Source: an uncultured bacterium
GTDB lineage: Bacteria > Lernaellota > Lernaellaia > JACKCT01
DNA: 64,000 nucleotides
NCBI GenBank assembly: GCA_964586775.1
Contig: CAZPJD010000225.1
Span: 464-64,463 of the forward strand
Reading direction: 5' to 3'
Shown here: in pieces, positions 61,531-64,000 of the stretch
Layout of the letters: each line of letters begins with the position of its first letter
Numbering within the stretch: position 1 is the first letter of the stretch
Made by a program: the position numbers and the translations under genes
The notes under the pieces: generated by a model
What the model saw: the letters and a program-made list of their open reading frames with translations, nothing else
What the model was told of the DNA's origin: nothing
Databases searched by the model: none

Positions 61531-63096
61531 TCAGCGCGCGGAGGCCGGCGCCGGCGTTTTGGCCGGCGGCGCGTCGGCGCGTTCGCGCAGCCGCTCGAAC
61601 GCGCGTTCCACCTGCACCTGAACGTCGCGATACGACGCGAGGGGGTGGAAACCGACGGAAATGCGCGAGCCCTTTTCCACGATGGCGCTTTCGGCGCGGC
61701 GGGCCAGCTTGATCGCCTGAAGGTAGTAGCGGTTTTCGCGCAGCCAATTTCGGCCCACGCGCTTGGCATAGGATTGAATCGCCGCGCGGTAGAAGTCCAG
61801 CCGGAAGACCGACTTGATGCGTTCGCGCCACGAATAGTAGCAGCGGTGCGCGCGGATCTGGCTCCACTGCAATTCGGTCGGGCTGAGGCGTTGCGGCCGG
61901 AACACGACATGATGCCCGTCGTAAAAACTCCAGTCGCGCACGACGAGTCGATCCTCGCGCTCCAACTCGCGAAAGGTCTCGGTGCCGGGCATCGGCGTGA
62001 GGATCATGAACTGCGCGGTACGCAGCCGCTGTTTCATGGCGTATCGCCACGTGCGCCTCAGATCCGCTCCCGTGTCGGTGTCGAAGCCGAACACGAACAT
62101 GCCGTGGATGCCGATTTTGTGGCGGTGAATCGCCGCGATCGCGTTCGTGGCCTGCTCGCTCGTCTGGGCTTTTTTCATCAGGCCGAGCGTTTCGTCGGAA
62201 ATCGATTCGAACCCGATGTAGACGTGACGGCACCCGGCGGCGCTCATCAGGCGAAGGAATTCCTCGTCGCGGGCGAAGTCGATGCGCACCTGCGCGGACC
62301 ATCGCAGACCGGGGCACCGCTCGATCATCCCTTCCAGAATCCGCCGGGTACGCGGGATGTTCACGCAGAAGTTGTCGTCATAAAAGAACGCGAAATCGCG
62401 CTTGGGATCGCATTGCGCGACCTCGTTCAGCACGTCGTCGACGTCGCGATAGCGCATGCCGCGGCCGAACATGCGCGTGACGGAACAGAACGAACACGCG
62501 AACGGACAGCCGCGCGACGTCTGGATCGGTACGATACGCCAGCGCGTAACGCCGCGGCGCGCCTGGTAACCCTCAACGAGACCCATGTCGGGGATCGGAT
62601 TCGCGCGAAGGTCCACCGGCGTGAAATCCAGCGGGTTGTGGACGACTTCGCCGTCGCGCCGATATGAAAGCCCGGGCACGCCGTCGAACGGGCCGCCCGC
62701 TTCCCACGCGGTCATGAACGCCAACATCGAGCGTTCGGCTTCGCCCCGCAGGACGAAGTCGCAGTGCCGCAGAGCTTCCTCGGGCAGAAAAGTGACATGC
62801 GGCCCGCCCATGATGACGGGCACTCCGCGGGCGCGGATCTGCCGCGCCATTTCATAACCGCGCGGCGCGGTGGGGGTCAGGACCGAGATGGCCGCGAGAT
62901 CGGCGGACAGCACGGACTCGAAATCGATGTCGAGAATGTCCTCGACGTAAACGCGCGTGCGATGGCCGTGCCCGCGCAGGATCGTCGCCAACAGCACGGG
63001 ACCCAGGCGCGGAATCCCGAAGCCGGAGAAGATGTGCGAGTTCGGTGACCGGGGCTCGAGAAAAACGACGTTCGCCATGCGGGTACTTCCTGACAT
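61531..63096 (-). CDS. B12-binding domain-containing radical SAM protein
   Basis: N-terminal cobalamin-binding-like domain; 'SRGCPFACSFCS' CxxxCxxC radical SAM cluster motif; 521 aa. Confidence 0.85.
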   Translation of the reverse strand: MSGSTRMANVVFLEPRSPNSHIFSGFGIPRLGPVLLATILRGHGHRTRVYVEDILDIDFESVLSADLAAISVLTPTAPRGYEMARQIRARGVPVIMGGPHVTFLPEEALRHCDFVLRGEAERSMLAFMTAWEAGGPFDGVPGLSYRRDGEVVHNPLDFTPVDLRANPIPDMGLVEGYQARRGVTRWRIVPIQTSRGCPFACSFCSVTRMFGRGMRYRDVDDVLNEVAQCDPKRDFAFFYDDNFCVNIPRTRRILEGMIERCPGLRWSAQVRIDFARDEEFLRLMSAAGCRHVYIGFESISDETLGLMKKAQTSEQATNAIAAIHRHKIGIHGMFVFGFDTDTGADLRRTWRYAMKQRLRTAQFMILTPMPGTETFRELEREDRLVVRDWSFYDGHHVVFRPQRLSPTELQWSQIRAHRCYYSWRERIKSVFRLDFYRAAIQSYAKRVGRNWLRENRYYLQAIKLARRAESAIVEKGSRISVGFHPLASYRDVQVQVERAFERLRERADAPPAKTPAPASAR

Positions 63097-63246
63097 CGAC
63101 GGCGCCAGCGGGCCGGATATGCCGCCAGGTGGAAAACGCCCGTGGCATGCGGCCCGCTCAAGATGACGCGTTCTCCGATCGCCACCATTGTACGCGCATT
63201 TCGCCTCTTCGGCGCAAGTCTTGTTGCCCCGAGACCGCGCGCCCCG

Positions 63247-64000
63247 TTATCTCGACGGCGACCGACGCCGTTCGAATCGCTTGGGCGCGCCGGAGAAGCG
63301 CGACGGCGCGGACGGGCGGCGCGATTTGAGCGACACGTCCGGTTCGCCGCCGATCGCGCGGGTCTGCGCCACAGCCAGCGCCACGGCGTCCGGCTCGGGC
63401 GGGGCCATGCGCGCCTGGGGCAGATGCGCCGCGTTTTCGAGCGGCAGGCGCTTTTGAATCAGCTTCTCGATGGAGCGCAGCGTGGTGCGTTCGTCGGAGC
63501 CGCAAAACGACAGCGCAATGCCCGACGCCCCCGCGCGCGCGGTGCGCCCGATGCGGTGCACGTAGGATTCGGCGTCCATGGGCAGGTCATAGTTGACGAC
63601 GTGGCTGACCTCGTCGATGTCGAGGCCCCGGGCGGCGATGTCGGTGGCCACGAGCACGCGGGCCGCGCCGCTCTTGAAGGCGCGCAGGGCGTTTTCGCGC
63701 TGGCTCTGCGACTTGTTGCCGTGAATCGCGCCCGCGGCGATGGCGTAGCGCGACAGGTGCTTCACCACCTTGTCGGCGCCGTGCTTGGTCTTGGTGAAGA
63801 CGAGCGCCCGCGTCACGTCCTTCGTGTCCAGCACGCGCAGCAGCAGGCGGATCTTTTCGGGTTTTTCCACCAGATAGACCGACTGGCGAATGCGCTCGAC
63901 CGTCGTGGCCGGGGGTGTGACGGCGACGCACTCGGGCCGGTCGAGCAGGGTGTTCGCCAGCTCGCGGATGGCCGGCGGCATGGTGGCCGAAAACATCAAC
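63247..64000 (-). CDS. DEAD-box ATP-dependent RNA helicase (C-terminal part; N-terminus beyond window end)
   Basis: Helicase motifs 'MMFSATMPP' (SAT), 'ALVFTKTKHG', 'ATDIAARGLDI', 'HRIGRTARAG' with Arg-rich C-terminal tail; the ORF runs off the window. Confidence 0.85.
   Translation of the reverse strand, partial: LMFSATMPPAIRELANTLLDRPECVAVTPPATTVERIRQSVYLVEKPEKIRLLLRVLDTKDVTRALVFTKTKHGADKVVKHLSRYAIAAGAIHGNKSQSQRENALRAFKSGAARVLVATDIAARGLDIDEVSHVVNYDLPMDAESYVHRIGRTARAGASGIALSFCGSDERTTLRSIEKLIQKRLPLENAAHLPQARMAPPEPDAVALAVAQTRAIGGEPDVSLKSRRPSAPSRFSGAPKRFERRRSPSR

Noticed and set aside
1-64000. tRNA, rRNA or other structured RNA genes
   Set aside because: Intergenic regions are short (mostly <150 bp, largest ~280 bp). 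None showed cloverleaf-like conserved tRNA boxes or rRNA-like sequence by eye. I cannot exclude small ncRNAs without a covariance-model search.

Overview
High-GC (~70%) bacterial chromosomal segment, gene-dense on both strands, with no rRNA, tRNA or CRISPR seen. The lineage is probably Myxococcota: there is a myxo-type Cys-rich repeat protein with a PF11617-like DxDCDG metal-binding motif, a Kelch propeller, REP/RAYT elements and nrfHA.

Content, in order:
- Sugar-nucleotide and envelope genes: rmlD, a CapD/WbpM-like dehydratase, two GT-C-like membrane proteins, an MBOAT O-acyltransferase and an outer-membrane beta-barrel.
- A fatty-acid beta-oxidation pair (thiolase plus FadB/FadJ-like).
- A nitrite-ammonifying nrfH-nrfA operon, with a TTGACC-N2-GGTCAA Fnr/Crp-type box upstream and a clean terminator downstream.
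- Housekeeping genes: argS, tatB/tatC, nadA, a rhomboid protease, pepP, a B12-binding radical SAM protein and a DEAD-box helicase (partial at the window end).
- Accessory genes: a brnT-brnA toxin-antitoxin pair, two orphan HicB-like antitoxins, a REP-RAYT element with tandem and inverted REP copies, a DUF1016/PDDEXK nuclease with two internal palindromes, and a chemoreceptor.
- A ParA ATPase translationally coupled to a membrane protein with a disordered basic tail.

The most unusual signal is a recurring low-complexity architecture on at least eight secreted hydrolases and lipoproteins (S8 protease, lipase, LamG/GH20-like, Kelch and others). It appears in two forms:
- an N-terminal lipobox Cys followed immediately by poly-Asp (DDDx)n repeats;
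- a C-terminal Thr-linker plus (DDDx)n block ending exactly in -GCGC (or a Gly/Cys variant).
Its encoding is not uniform: the S8 acidic block is a 12-nt periodic (GAC-rich) repeat, a 12-nt unit in the strict sense, whereas the internal repeat of the lipoprotein at 20221..22560 is 4-residue DDDx, not a 12-residue unit. This looks like an undescribed sorting or surface-tethering code.
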